Shown: positions 1 through 13,234, numbered from the stretch's first letter. The stretch is 64,000 bases of DNA from Octopus sinensis (GCF_006345805.1 NC_043014.1:17112001-17176000), one strand, 5' to 3'. The notes: generated by a model from the sequence alone, not told the origin. Translations and numbers: made by a program.

Positions 1-195
1 GTAACATCACTATTTTCTCTGACACACTGTCTGGCAATCCGAAATACCTCAGTTCTTTGGTCCTCACGTCGCTGGACATTGGCAAACTTCTTCTTTTCTG
101 CTACATCTTTGGCTATGTATACCTGCCACCCAGCCTCCCTTTTGGCTACCTGGTACAGTTCCCTGCTGCCCCCATCCCTCCAGGCTTTCCAGGCC
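1..195 (-). mobile_element. RTE LINE internal fragment (same family as 20353-24010)
   Basis: Reverse complement aligns by eye to 21470-21660 of the near-full-length RTE (...agggaactgtaccaggtagccaaaagggaggctgggtggcaggtatac...). Confidence 0.8.
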
Positions 196-218
196 CATCT
201 CTTTGCACTAATGGCTTC

Positions 219-222
219 ATAT

Positions 223-287
<65 letters not shown>

Positions 288-295
288 ACACATAT
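219..295. repeat. (TA)n microsatellite
   Basis: Direct read. Confidence 0.95.
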
Positions 296-450
296 ATTTG
301 CATCTCAACAACATGGTTCCTGGTTCAGACTCACTATGTGGCACTTTGCGCAAACGCCTTCTACAATAGCCCCCCCTCCCCCCAGTTGATCAATGCTTTG
401 CGAGTAGATTTAGTTGGTGGAAACTGAAAGTGTGTGTGTGTACAATCTTA

Positions 451-1103
451 CAGGGTGCGGTGAATAAGTTGTCTAAATTATGTGAAAATGAAAATAGTAC
501 TGATATCTCATTTTAACAGATATATTCACCAAAATTGCATAAAGATTATTTTGAAATATTAAAGAATAAACTTGTTCAATAAAATCGCCATTGGTTTCAA
601 CCACGGCCTCCGGACGACTCCAGAATCTCCTGCAACTCTTCTGGACAGTCTCCTTGTTTAAGCTGGCGAATGCTGCCATAATCCTTGCCTTTAGTTCATC
701 TTTGCTGTTACAAGGTATTTTGTTGGTCTCTCGCTCAACAGCGCCCCACACATAATAATCAAGGGGTTGCAGTCTGGGGAGTTAGGTGGCCAGATGTTAG
801 ACGTGACGTGGTCACTCCAAACACCACGATGTTAACTGGATGTTTGATTTTTTACTCACTCTCGGTACTTGTCCTGAGACTGACATCCAAACATTCTAAA
901 ATGTATTGGGGCTTCCAGCGTGAATGCCAAGAAGTATAGCATGTCGTTTTGAAATTTCCCGCAGAATAAATTGCGTCACGGTGCTATTTTTACCACAGAC
1001 GGTGCTCAACCGACCCTACTAAACTGTGTAGTTATCAAAATCAAACAATGAGCATGCGCAAAATTAAAAATATAAGAAAAGATATTTTACCCATCACACC
1101 CTG
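451..1103 (-). mobile_element. Internally deleted Tc1/mariner-superfamily (maT/DD37D-like) element
   Basis: Ends are ta|CAGGGTG...CACCCTG|tg. Minus ORF 473-751 (WGAVERETNK...ELKARIMAAF...CRRFWSRPEAVVETNGDFIE) resembles a Tc1-type transposase C-terminus. Right end shared with 15270-15642. Confidence 0.75.
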
Positions 1104-1147
1104 TGTATGTGCCCATGCAGACAGACAGACAGACACACACACATACA

Positions 1148-1326
1148 CAAAGATACAAGCTATTAATAGTTTCTTGCCTTGGAGACACGAGTCTTGGTAA
1201 GTCTTTATTATACACCTTGTGCCTGCATGCAGCTTTTAGGCACTGCTAAGAGATACAAGGCGTGTTATAAAGACTTGCTCAGACCTGTGTCTCCAGAGCA
1301 AGAAACTATTACTAGCTCGTACCTTT
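1148..1326. repeat. ~180 bp imperfect foldback palindrome (MITE-like)
   Basis: agctattaatagtttcttgccttggagacac... pairs with ...gtgtctccagagcaagaaactattactagct. Confidence 0.8.
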
Positions 1327-1417
1327 ATACTGTGTGCGTTAAATAATATTTATGTCTCTGGATGGAATATTTTATTTTGTTGCTGTTTACCATAGTGGAA
1401 CAGTTAAATACATATAC

Positions 1418-1460
<43 letters not shown>

Positions 1461-1980
1461 TATAACGTATATGATTTAACTTATAAAACAAAGTTCAACA
1501 AATTCAGTCGTATTTTTCGGAAATGGAGTAGATTAGATGTTAATATGCATTGAAATTGTAATAATAATAATAATTATCTATATATATATATATATATATA
1601 TGTTCCTAATAAGCACCAACAACACCATGAATTTACTTCAGAGGGTAATCGATTCACCTGTGGAAAATGCTTTTTTTTATCAATTCTTCTAGGGGAGATA
1701 ATTCTCTAATATTTTTTTTAAACGTTCAAACTACAAAAGGGGGGGGGAAATACCCGAGCTTTTGAAATGATCAATAAAAAGTATTACGTTTAGTTCTAAA
1801 ACCCATTGTTTTTAATTGTTTCCCTATATTAAACAGTTGAACAAACAGAGAAATACAAGTGTACAGTTTCATAAGAAAATATACACAAAATAGGAATAAA
1901 ACAGTTATAATACATCTATGTAGAAATTATGTATGCTCTTATTCGAAATGAATGCTAAAGGAAAGTTCATTGAACATTAT

Positions 1981-2380
1981 GGGATCTTTTCGGTTTGAAC
2001 GGCAGTTTTTTCTAGCGGTGTCATATGAAATTATGACCCTAGTATCGATCTATTGCATTTCAATCTGTTTTAGGGTTAGGGGTGGGGGAAGGGTATCTTT
2101 TTTTCTTCAGAAATGTAAATAAACCCAATCTGTTTCTTAAACGAGGGACATATTCATATGGCAAAGAATGTTTTCACCTCAATAGACGTCATTGATTGGT
2201 TGAAATTGCAGAAATTGAAGAAAAAAAAACAATAAATATCTTAGAAACAATAGAATTTTCTCAATAAAGCCAAGAGAAAAAGATGTTTTATAAACACATT
2301 CTACCAGTATACGAAATTTAAAAGTGTTTAGTTACGTGGAAATTATTTTAAAAAACTGCCGGTCAAACCGAAAAGATCCC
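1981..2380. mobile_element. MITE with 30-bp TIRs GGGATCTTTTCGGTTTGAACGGCAGTTTTT
   Basis: Both TIRs present and flanked by at/attat on both sides. Partial relatives at ~5590-5850, ~27830-28076 and ~53740-53942. Confidence 0.85.
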
Positions 2381-3414
2381 ATTATCATGTGCGACCAGTT
2401 GACGCACTTAGTGTTGAATTTGTGCTTTTTTCTTTTTTTCATTCTCTTTTTTTTTTTCCATTTTTTCTCTTCTGGTTTTGGATTTAAATTTTTGATGTGG
2501 TTTTGTATTATATATATGTATCCTATACATACGTGTTATATTCCAGTAAGAGATTTGATGCACGTTTTACATTTTTAAGATGCAATGTATATCACAAATG
2601 TCTTTCACTCATTCACATGCGTATGTATATATGTACGTGTATATGTTTTAGAAATGCGTGTATAAATATATGTGTGCGTATGCATGTATGTATGTTTGTA
2701 TAGATGTGCATGCATGTATAAATATATGTGTATGCGCATGTGTGCGTATGTATGTATGTATGTATAGATGTGCATGCATGTAAATACATATATATGCTTG
2801 TGTGTGAATATAGACAAGGAAGGGATAACTTGTACTAGACCCTCTCTTATGCCTAAGTTGGCTACATCTTCCCCCCTTGTCGGGTTACTAAATCAAATAA
2901 CAGAGAAAGCACTAAGTCCCTTAAAGTCGATAAAATATCATTGAAGGCCTTGCCGCTTATGAAGTAATTAAATAAAAAAATAAATAAAAATGCGGAAGTG
3001 ATTAAGTTAGATATACGTGTTAGAGTTATCTGCCGCTGTTAAAAAGGAAAAGTGAACAGATTTACAATGCTTCTCGTCTTAAACAGCCGAAGATGAGATA
3101 TTTACCTGCCATAAATCAGAATATTAGAAAGCTTAAGTGAAGGTGCGTCACCTAGTGGTTTGAGAGGCTGTTCAGGTTCCGGACAAGATGTTGCGTTGGG
3201 ATCTTGAGCAAGGCACTTTATTTTTATATTGTCCCAGTTTACTCAGATGCAAGTGAGTACCAATCGAGTACTGGCTCAGCCCTCTATGCCTCCAGGTGTT
3301 AGCTATATCTTGGATTTTCACCTGGGTCAATTGTGAGGAAACCGAGTGAGTGACTATTTATAACAATTAGCCAAAGCATGCTACTTGCTCACAATTAATG
3401 GTTGGCTATAATTT

Positions 3415-3612
3415 AACCCTTTAACATTGAGATTATTCTGTCAAATTATTCATTCACATTGTCTTGAATTGATCATGCATTTTCTCGTAGCTTCCAGATT
3501 TCGATGATGTGACTTTATTTTCAGAATCGTATTGTATAGTTTTGGTGTGAGAGGCCGAATCTGGGCAGTTTGAACGTAAAACAAGTTGAATAATATTTGG
3601 GCCGGATATTTA
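3415..3612 (-). mobile_element. piggyBac-type MITE family A (TTAA|CCCTTT ends), decayed copy
   Basis: Shares internal sequence (tattctacctgttttatgttcaaactgg / ttgacagaataatct) with copies at ~7965-8146, 35850-36040, 39245-39475, 43900-44120, 47480-47810, 47863-48075 and 59480-59665. Confidence 0.65.
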
Positions 3613-3849
3613 AAGAATCAGATGATAGCCTTTCTCTTTCGTTTATCGACACTCAATGTTATAATGTTGTAATAGGGCTTCACATGATATGTTATTAAGG
3701 CGAGAGAGAGCCTATGGTTATTAGCTCATTGTCTAAAGGTGGCAAGCTGGCAGAATCGTTACTGCACCGAGTAAAACACTTTGCGGCCTTTTGCGAAGGA
3801 ATCCACTCCGCTACAAGTATTCAAGATATATCTCCAGTTCGAAGATATC

Positions 3850-4260
3850 TTCCTCACTCTTTCTCATCAGTCTCAGAGGAGCTGTAAAGGTCCATGGTCA
3901 TTGCCTTTCCCTTCTGTTTCTCACTCCGAAGATCACCTGACTAATTGAGCTAAATTTGCTGGCCAATCCTTTGCTTTTCGTCCTTGACCTTTGCTTCTTG
4001 ATGCAGGTTGGTTTCGTGTGGCATTGTCTTAAGACTACTGGATCACTCATTCCAATTGTCGCTCATTCTCTTGTCACCAGTTCTGTTACTCTTCCTCCAG
4101 CTTTGCACTAACCACAGCACTCAGTCGTTTCTTCATGGGCGGTCAACCCACTGAAACTCTTTTCTTGCTCATGTTTTTAGTGCAGCCATCATCAACTAGC
4201 CATGGTTCAAGAAGGACATTAGCCTCATTACTCTCACCAATCGGTGCTGATCTTCGAAGG
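3850..4260 (-). mobile_element. Possible decayed LINE 3' end (RTE-like C-terminus)
   Basis: Minus-strand translation VDDGCTKNMSKKRVSVG*PPMKKR loosely resembles the RTE C-terminal R.GRP motif. Weak. Confidence 0.3.
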
Positions 4261-4307
4261 CTATGAGCACAGTTGTTTTGTTTTTTTTCGTCAAAGTGTT
4301 GTAAGTA

Positions 4308-5325
4308 CAGGCGTGGCTGTGTGGTTAAGGTTTCTTTTCAACCACGTAGTCTTGGGTTCAGTCCTATTGTGTAGCATCCTGGGCAAGCGTCTTCTACTAT
4401 AGCCCCATGCCGACTGAAGCATTGTGAGTAGATTTGAGTATGTCTTGATGTTTGTGTCTGTCTCCCATCATCTCCTGACAACCAGTTTTGGTTTGTTCAC
4501 ACATAATTGAAGCACTTCAGTAACAAGGACTAATAAAATAAGCAACAAACTTCTACAAAATAGCTACTGGGGTTGATTTGTTCGACCAGTCAAAGTGGTG
4601 TCCTGTAAGGCCACTGCCCAATGACCAAACCGAATGCTTGGCTGAATCAGTGACGACTCTGCTAATAGCATTATATATATGAGTGTGTGTGCGGGTGTGG
4701 CTGCGTGGTAAGAAGCTTGCTGCCAACCACATGGTTTCGGGTTCAGTTCCACTGCGTGACACCTTGGCCAAGTGGCTTCTACTGTAGCCTCGGGCTGATA
4801 TAATGTGTGTATATACATCCTAATGTGTGTCTTTGTGTCTGTTTGTCTCTCCCACCCCAATCGGTATTGTAGTTTATGCTCCCCGTAACCTTGCAGTTCG
4901 ACAAAAAGAGACCGATAGAATAAGTACTAGGCTAAAAAAGAGAAAAGTCCTGGGGGTGCTCCAGCATGACTGAAACAACTAAAAGAATGGGCAGGTGTCT
5001 TCTACTATGGCTTCAGGTCGACCAAGGCTTTGTGAGTTGATTTGGTGGACGGAAGCTGAGGGAAGCCCGTCGTATATATGTATATATATATATATATCTG
5101 TGCGTATATGTTTGTGTGTCTGTGTTTGTCCCCCCCCCCAGCATCGCTTGACAGCCGATGCTGGTGTGTTTACGTCACCGTAACTTAGGGGTTCGGCTAG
5201 GGAGACTGATAGAGTAAGTGCTAGCCTTGCAAAGAATAAGTCCTGGGGTCAATTTGCTCGACTTAAAGGTGGTGCTCCAGCATGGCCACAGTCAAATGAC
5301 TGAAGCAAGCAAAAGAGTAAAGGGC
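4308..5325 (+). mobile_element. Cluster of three tandem tRNA-derived SINEs (family A)
   Basis: A-box tggctgtgtggt, B-box ggttcagt(c/t)cc, core ttgg(g/c)caagt and tail tgactgaa(a/g)caa, at ~4308, ~4695 and ~4992 (5'-truncated). Confidence 0.85.
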
Positions 5326-5454
5326 TAAATTCATTCACAATATGTTTTTACTACTCGATTCCCTAGTTCACAGCAATTTTCGGTGCGGCTTGTCGCTGAG
5401 TTGGAACAACCAAACATAATTTTCATTTCCATGGAAATTATATATTTACTCTCT

Positions 5455-5590
5455 TTTTTACTCTTTTACTTGTTTCAGTCATTTGACTGCGGCCATGCTG
5501 GAGCACCGCCTTTAGTCGAGCAAATCGACCCCGGGACTTATTCTTTGTAAGCCCAGTACTTATTCTATCAGTCTCTTTTGCCGAATCGCT
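5455..5590 (-). mobile_element. SINE family A 3' fragment
   Basis: ctcttttacttgtttcagtcatttgactgcggccatgctggagcaccgcc is the reverse complement of the family A tail. Confidence 0.85.
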
Positions 5591-6129
5591 TGATCTTTTC
5601 TAAAAGATGGACAGAATTTTCTAGTTAAGTAAACAATTTGAAACTTCGTATACTGGTAGAATGTGTGAAAAGAAAACATAATTGTAAACCAAATTGAAAA
5701 CGGAATTGTAATTTCTAAGTTTAACGTAGTTTAATAATTCGAATTTTAACCAATGGTATTCCTTGTTTTGACCTAATATCATTTACTGCCTGTCAACATA
5801 TTGTTACTGTGATGTAAACAGCTATTTTGTGACGTACTTAACGTAAACATGTAAACAGCTAAAACGTAAACATCCGCTTATCGTAAATAGCTAAATTCGC
5901 TTGGCATCGTACACAGCTTTTTCAGTTCCCTAGAATTATATTTGAAACAAAATAAAAAGAAAAAGATTCATACGCATAAATATCCATCCTTAGACATCAG
6001 AAAGATTAGAAATGCAACAAAAATTTAAAATACCGGATCTTTACCTTTTAACCTACAGATTTAAAAAATAATTTTTTCTAACTAAACACTTTCAAACTTC
6101 GTGGAGTATATATAAAATTTGTGTTGATC

Positions 6130-6333
6130 CTAAATAGCTAAATTCTTTTTGAAAGTCTGAGTATATATAAAATGAGTGTTTAAATTATTTTCCATTGTTT
6201 GCATTGCATTATAGAATTTGAAACTTTTACACATACACACAAACACATATATTGATATATGTATATATTCATTTTTATACACACACACACACACACATGT
6301 ATACAACATATGCATATATATATATATACACCT

Positions 6334-6376
<43 letters not shown>

Positions 6377-6585
6377 TATATAGATGCATACATTATATAT
6401 ATATAAAAGATGTTTACATACAATATATATATATATATGTTATATACATCTACATGTATATGTATGTATGAATATATAAGTACCATAGAATTTGAATCAA
6501 ACTGTTTTGATCCATACATATACACACACACACACACACACACATACATACATACATACATACATACATACATACATACACACAT
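6130..6585. repeat. Compound (CA)n/(TA)n/(TACA)n microsatellite
   Basis: Direct read. Confidence 0.9.
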
Positions 6586-6849
6586 ACTAAAATTACATCG
6601 TTGGAGCAGTAATTTATTTATGTATTTTTTGTTATACAATTTATTTTTAAGCTGAATCCCTATCCTGTCATTAACCCCTTTCTTATAAAATAGTTGAAGA
6701 ATCTGGGGTGTAGGAATTGGGCCAGTATTGGAACTTTTAACTTCTTGCTCTCTATCTTATGATCTCCGAAATTTAAGAATCTTGTGTTAACTGGGCTCTT
6801 ATTATTTACTCTGACTGCCACCACCTCAATGCAAAGACTATCAATATCA

Positions 6850-7210
6850 GAATCATCTTCACAACCACCACTACAACCATTACTACAACCTCCAATGCCA
6901 CCACCACAACCATCTTCTGCAACCACAACCCCAAGACCAATACCAGCATCATATTCAAAATCACCAATTTCACCACCACTACACTCTGCAATGTCTTCAA
7001 CACTTCCATCCATGAGACATCCTAACATAATCAATGCCACTACTACTATCATCATCATCATCCACTGCTGCCACCACCACCACCACCTCTACAAAAACAC
7101 CAACACTATAATTGCTGCCATCATACACATCCACTGTCACCACCACTGCCATGATAACCACATCTACCACCTCCAACACCATTACCACCACTATCTATGA
7201 GACATCCTAA
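6850..7210. repeat. Degenerate CAC/CAT/CAA trinucleotide low-complexity tract
   Basis: Direct read. The 14-bp direct repeat atgagacatcctaa occurs at 7012-7025 and 7197-7210. Confidence 0.7.
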
Positions 7211-9144
7211 GTTAGATACTACTTTCACTTTCTTGAGTTTATTATATCTAATCTATCTCTCTAAAAGATGCAAACCAAGTAGCATTAAATGGAGAATGGA
7301 TGTGAGCAGAAAGAGAGTAAGTTTCATTCCAGTTTACAATAATTATAGAATTATTCTCAAACCATAAATGAATGGTGGAGAGGAGTGAAGGAGGAGTCAT
7401 GTTTCCTCTGAGAGGTTACAGAAGTATTATTACACTGTTGTTAGAATAGCTGTGGAAAATGTAAGTTGAAATCAAATTTGATGTTAAATTCTTTTATAGT
7501 CATGTTCCCAATGAAATACACATAATCAATTTGAACAGTCTTAGTAAAATAACTACTTTCTTTAATTATTATTAATCAGGTGTTTGGATCAACAAAATTA
7601 TGAGATAAAGGTGAGAAGTCAGTAGAGTGTCTATCTGCTTGTAACTATGTAGACACTTAAAATAATGAGCGAAAACATGGTATACATTACTAAGTCATAC
7701 TCGCTTGCAGGCAGTCACTATGATTTTTTTATCTGCTCATATATATGCAATGAAGCATTGATGTTTCATTGTATATTTGGACATAACAAGTAATTCTTCG
7801 TCGTCAAACTGTCCAACCCATGCCAGCATGAAACATGGATGTTAAATGATGATGACACTTCACATTATTGAAACATTGGGAATAGGAACTAGATCATCTG
7901 ATGATGTTAACACGTGACAGAGTGGCTCCCTCTCCATGTAGCGAGATAGATTTTAATTTATATGTTTCTCCTTTTAGCATTTAAACCGGCCATATCTGGC
8001 CCAAATATTCTACCTGTTTTATGTTCAAACTGGTCAGGCCTGGCCTCTTGCACCTATCCTAGAAAGTCAATCTAAAAATAAGCAATCAGATCAATGAAAT
8101 CTCAAGGCTACAATGTGAATAAACAATCTGAATGTTAAGGAGTTAAGATGAAACAAGAATTGAACACTGGTTTTTAACAGTGATATCAGAGATCTTTTAA
8201 ATTGAATTACATTACTTTTAATATTGAAACAAACTACTGTAACAATGTGAAACAAAATAATTGCATTCTTATTTGAACCAAAATCCATCATTCTCAGTAT
8301 CATAAATAAAGGTGCCAGTCGCACCTCAGTGCTTACATGTTTGTCTTGTCTAATAAATGGAAGATTACTGAACATAAGACACTTGGGTCACTCAGCCAAG
8401 TTTCATCTGAGCAATATATGTGAAAGTTCTGGAAATTTGTGACCTTTTTGTATTTCAAATAATGTGCAAGTCTGAGAATAATATACATTGTTGGATACAG
8501 ACATACAACTAAACTTATATATTTTAGATTTTCTCAAAAAGTCTTACAATTGCTGACTGATATAACTAGCTTCTCTATTACTGCCTGTGTCTCTCCTCTC
8601 TTTGTTATTCTATCTACAGATAGGTTTGTGTGTGTAGTTCTTATATATACACATTCATACATTACCTCTTTTACTTGTTTCAGTTATTGAACTGTGGCCA
8701 TGATAGGGCACCACCTTGAAAGGTTTAGTGAAATTAATTGTGCCCACTACATATTTTTAAGTTTGTTATTTATCAGTGTCATTTGCTAAGCCGTGAAGTT
8801 GCAAGGACATAAACAAAACAACACCAATTGTTAATTTGGGATAGGGACAAACACAAAGACATTGTCTATGATGCTACTGGATCAACTAAAATATGTTACC
8901 CCCTACTATATTATTGAATAGTTTTTCTCCTGTTTGTTATACCAACTACACCCTCACACACACAAATACATTTTTTGTAAGGTGGTTGGTGTTAAATCCA
9001 GACACAGAAACTTATGTTGCAAAGAGAAAGTATGAACAAAATGTAGTCCTGCAACTCAGTTGGGAGTGGAGGTGGAGGTTCTGGCTCAGTTCTGCCCAAC
9101 TAATGCCAGCATAGAAAAGTGATGATAATGTGGATCATGAATAT

Positions 9145-9530
9145 CATCATCATCATCATCGTTTAATGTCCGTTTTCCATGCTAGCATGGGTTGGACGGT
9201 TCAACCGGGATCTGGGAAGCCAGAAGGCTGCACCAGGCTCCAGTCTGATCTGGCAGTTGTTTCTAGAGCTGGATGCCCTTCCTAATGCCAACCACTCCGT
9301 GAGTGTAGTGGGTGCTTTTTACGTGCCAGGCGAGGCTGGCAATGGCCACGATTGGATTGGTGCTTTTTACATGCCACCAGCATGGAAGCCAGTCAAGGCG
9401 GCGCTGGCATTGGCCACGTCCGGATGGTGCTTTTGACATGCCACCGGCACAGGGATCACAACTACAATTTCCATTGATTTTTGATGTTGATGTACTTGAC
9501 TCAATAGGTCTCCTCAAGCACAGGGTCGAA
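9145..9530 (-). mobile_element. 5'-truncated RTE 3'-UTR copy with (GAT)n tail
   Basis: catcatcatcgtttaatgtccgttttccatgctagcatgggttggacggttc is the reverse complement of the tail at 23940-24010. Confidence 0.85.
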
Positions 9531-9751
9531 TATATATTTTTAAATATTTTTTTGCAAACAACATGCAGATGCAAGTGTTACCTGTTGAAAGCTCTGCATA
9601 CCAGATGCAAGCAAGTTTATGGGGCTATTAGGAGAGAATGCCTGCCATTTCGGGACCTATCTCTTGACAGCATCATTGGGCACCCCTCACTGAAATGAGA
9701 CCCTGCTTGCTAGATCAACTGGTCATCAGGTTTCACTCAATATTCTTCTAG

Positions 9752-10060
9752 CTATTGCTCATTGTTGCTTTCTAACCAAATCCAGTGGTTTGCCTTTTCC
9801 AGTGTAGTTTGGATATTACTCTTAGTGGTATTTGCTTTATGATGAATTAGGTCAATGATGGCAATAGTCACTTCACACTGTGTCCAACAACCCTCTACAT
9901 CCAACTTTGATTGAAAAATGCTCTGCTTTCCAGCCTGTGTCTTCACATTCCTCTCGGAGGTTTTCATAACAGCCAATCTTTTGAGCTCAAGCGGCATCCA
10001 TGTTAACTTCATGAGGAACTCAACTAGATTTACCATTTTCTTTCGTTTACGCCATATTAT
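9752..10060 (-). mobile_element. Decayed C-terminus of a restriction-like-endonuclease non-LTR element (HERO/R2-group-like)
   Basis: Translation ...LMKLTW...AGKQSIFQSKLDV...TTLEKANHWIWLE* resembles the remembered LVELTV...GW..FPVEVG...AEKASRWLWL tail of RLE-type LINEs. Confidence 0.5.
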
Positions 10061-10423
10061 CATATATATACACATACACACATGTATATATACGTGTGTG
10101 TGTGTGTATATATATATCTATCATGATCATCATCATCATCACTTTTTGGTCCTGGCATCTGTTTGGCAAGACTGAGTTAGTTCTTATTGACATTTACTTC
10201 CCCACTCTACCTACCCCAACTATATTTTGGAGTTGACTACTTTAAGTTTTTTATTTCTTTGCATCCATCAATTAATGATAATATAGTATATCTTGTATAT
10301 AATATAACATATTCACCATTACACATGTTTCATTTACTAATAGGGGTTACAAAATTGTATTTAACAGAGAAACATGTAAGATATCTTCTGTTAGAAAGTC
10401 TTCAGACAGAAAATCAGAGAGTA

Positions 10424-11664
10424 TTATCATGCTGAGTAAAAAGTAAGCAACGTTTTGAAACATGAAATTCATCACAATATATTTCAGCTATGTGGAAATT
10501 TTATTCATCAAAGTAAGTACCATTACAATCAACACATTTGTGCCAATGAGTTACAAGTTTGTTTATTCTGGTAACATAAAAATCTGGAGTTCTGGAGCTG
10601 ATGAACTCTTTGAACACAGTTTCAGCATCGGTTTGATTTTTTAACTCTTTCTCTTTCAGGAAACCATCAAGGTGCTTGAAAAAGTGGTAGTCGGTAGGAG
10701 AAAGGTCTGGGGAATAAGCTGGGTGGGGAAGAAATTCATAGCCAAGTTCCTTCAACTTTTGGAGCATCATTAGTGAAATTTATGGTCGAGCATTGTTATG
10801 AAGAATGATTGGCCCTCTTCTGTTGACCAGTCTGGGACAGAGGAGTAGCGGTTTTTCTTTCATTTTGGCAATTTCATGACAATATGTTTCTGCAGTAATG
10901 GTTTTTCCAGATTTTAAAAAGTTATAATGGATGATTCCAAAAGTACACCACCAAGCAGTCACCATAACCTTCTTTTTGAAGAGCTTGGGTTTAGGGAATG
11001 TTTTCGGTGCTTCATTTTGGTCCAACCACTGCAAAGAACGTTTTTTATTGTACAGAATCCACTTTTCATTGCAAGTTACAATATTGTCAAGAAATGGATT
11101 GGTCTGGTTGCAGAGAAGAAGCAATAAGCATTTTCTGATTTTCATTCAAATTTGTCGAGCTTTTTTGATTTTCTGATTGCATGCAAATGGTTGCAGGCAG
11201 TTTTCTGGTTAACTTGAAGTTCTTTTGCCAGTTCTCAAGTGGTTTTATATGGATCTTCCTCAATGACAGTCTCTACTTGACTGTCATCGATGACAGATGG
11301 GCGTCCATAATGCTCGCAATCTGCAAAATCATTTATACCATTTTCAAGCTGACCTCTCACTAGTCATTTCCCCACCAAATGTTTCATTGATATCATGAAC
11401 AGTTTTAGCTGCTTTACATCCTTTTTTGAAGTTGAATAGCAAAACTGCTCAAATATCGCACTTTCACAGTTCCATTTCAGATGATTGTAACAATGGGGGA
11501 AAAAAAATATAAATGTTAATTTATTGATGCATTTGGGTAAGTTTATATCTGTATTATCAGACAACTGCAAAAAAATGTTTAACAAAAATTCAAAACCCTG
11601 CAAAAATCTGGTACAAATTCTTCATGGTTCAAAACATTGCTTATTTTTTTATTCAACCTGATAA
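10424..11664 (-). mobile_element. Degraded mariner (Hsmar1/cecropia-like) with both TIRs
   Basis: TIRs ttatcatgctgagtaaaaagtaagcaacgttttgaaacatgaa and its imperfect inverse at 11621-11664. Minus ORFs carry IVTCNEKWILY, ILHNNARP and HPAYSPDLSPTDYHFFKHL mariner motifs. Confidence 0.9.
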
Positions 11665-11960
11665 TTGATTCGCTGTCTGAGGAATTTTTAATAAGAGATA
11701 TTTTATGATTTTCTCTTACATGTATAATATTCTTAGCAAATGAAACATGTGCAATGGTGAATAAATAATACTAAAAATATTTTCCAGTCTACTGTTTTAA
11801 TGCGTAATTACTCTGCAAATATTATTTTCCAATATTTTTTCTACTCTTATACATGCCTCACACAATTATAACATCTACATACAATGTTGGCATACTGGAA
11901 TATACAGGTGTGCTTCACGAGGACACGGCTTCGATTACAACCCTATCTACATACTATATA

Positions 11961-12016
<56 letters not shown>

Positions 12017-12789
12017 TGCATACATATGTACAGAAAGACTGATAGAAGGCACAGGCATGTAGTACCCTTCTTAATCATATGGTTTTGAGTTCAGTCCCAG
12101 TGCATGGCAACTTCGCCAAGTATCACTTATGATAGCCAAGATTGACCAAATCTTTGATAGATGGAACCTGTAAGAAATCTATCTATATAATATGTGTGTA
12201 TATCTGTTTATGTTTGTGCTCTATAAAAGTTGCAAGCTACAAGGTTTGCTGTTGTCATTTCTCTGGTTGACAAATTGTCTGCTTACTTCAAGCCTTTCAA
12301 GACATGTGTAATTAAGAGATTCCTTATTTAAAACACAGTCAAGTGTTAATGACAGGAAAGGCATCTGGTTGTGAAAGAATAATTCAATCATTTTTTCATT
12401 TAAAACATACTTGACTGGAAAAACATGTAAATCAAACAAGACATATTCAAATACATACATGTATTTGATGATATTTATATGTATATATACATATGATATA
12501 TGTATATATGATTGAAATATATATGTATATATATAGTTAGTTAATTTTTTGGCTCAAAAAGCAAAAATATATATAATATTTATATATGTATAATATATAT
12601 CTATAATAAAATTATATATATATGATATGTATATATATATATGGGCACAGGAAAAGAGTGTGTTAATGTCTGGGAGATTTTTTTGGTAGTAGAAAAGGCA
12701 TTTAACTCCTATTTCTAAATTTGGTGCGTGGCGAAGCAATTAGCTGACCCCTGATTATAATTATGTTCATAATTATAGAATTTTTGTAC

Positions 12790-12960
12790 ATATATGATAT
12801 ATATATATATATATAGAAATGGTAAGACAACAAAAGAATGAAAGAGACCTCGATATTCTGTAAATAGAGGAATTTATCTGTAAATATAATATGTCGCAAT
12901 TCTCGGAGTTTTATCATGGCTACGAATAACTGTCATATATATATATACAGATATATATAT

Positions 12961-13005
<45 letters not shown>

Positions 13006-13200
13006 GTATATGATACATATATATATATATGATAATATATCATATATATATATATGTATATGACACATATATATATATATGATAATATATCATATATATG
13101 TATATGTATATGATACATATATATATGTATATATGATACATATATATATATATATATATGATAATATATCATATATTTATATATAATATGTATATATATT

Positions 13201-13234
<34 letters not shown>

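Noticed and set aside
57-389. Many ORFs rich in IY/YI/CV/HT (also 2497-2817, 6130-6655, 12874-14056, 60823-61313)
   Set aside because: They are translations of TA/CA/TATG microsatellites, not genes.
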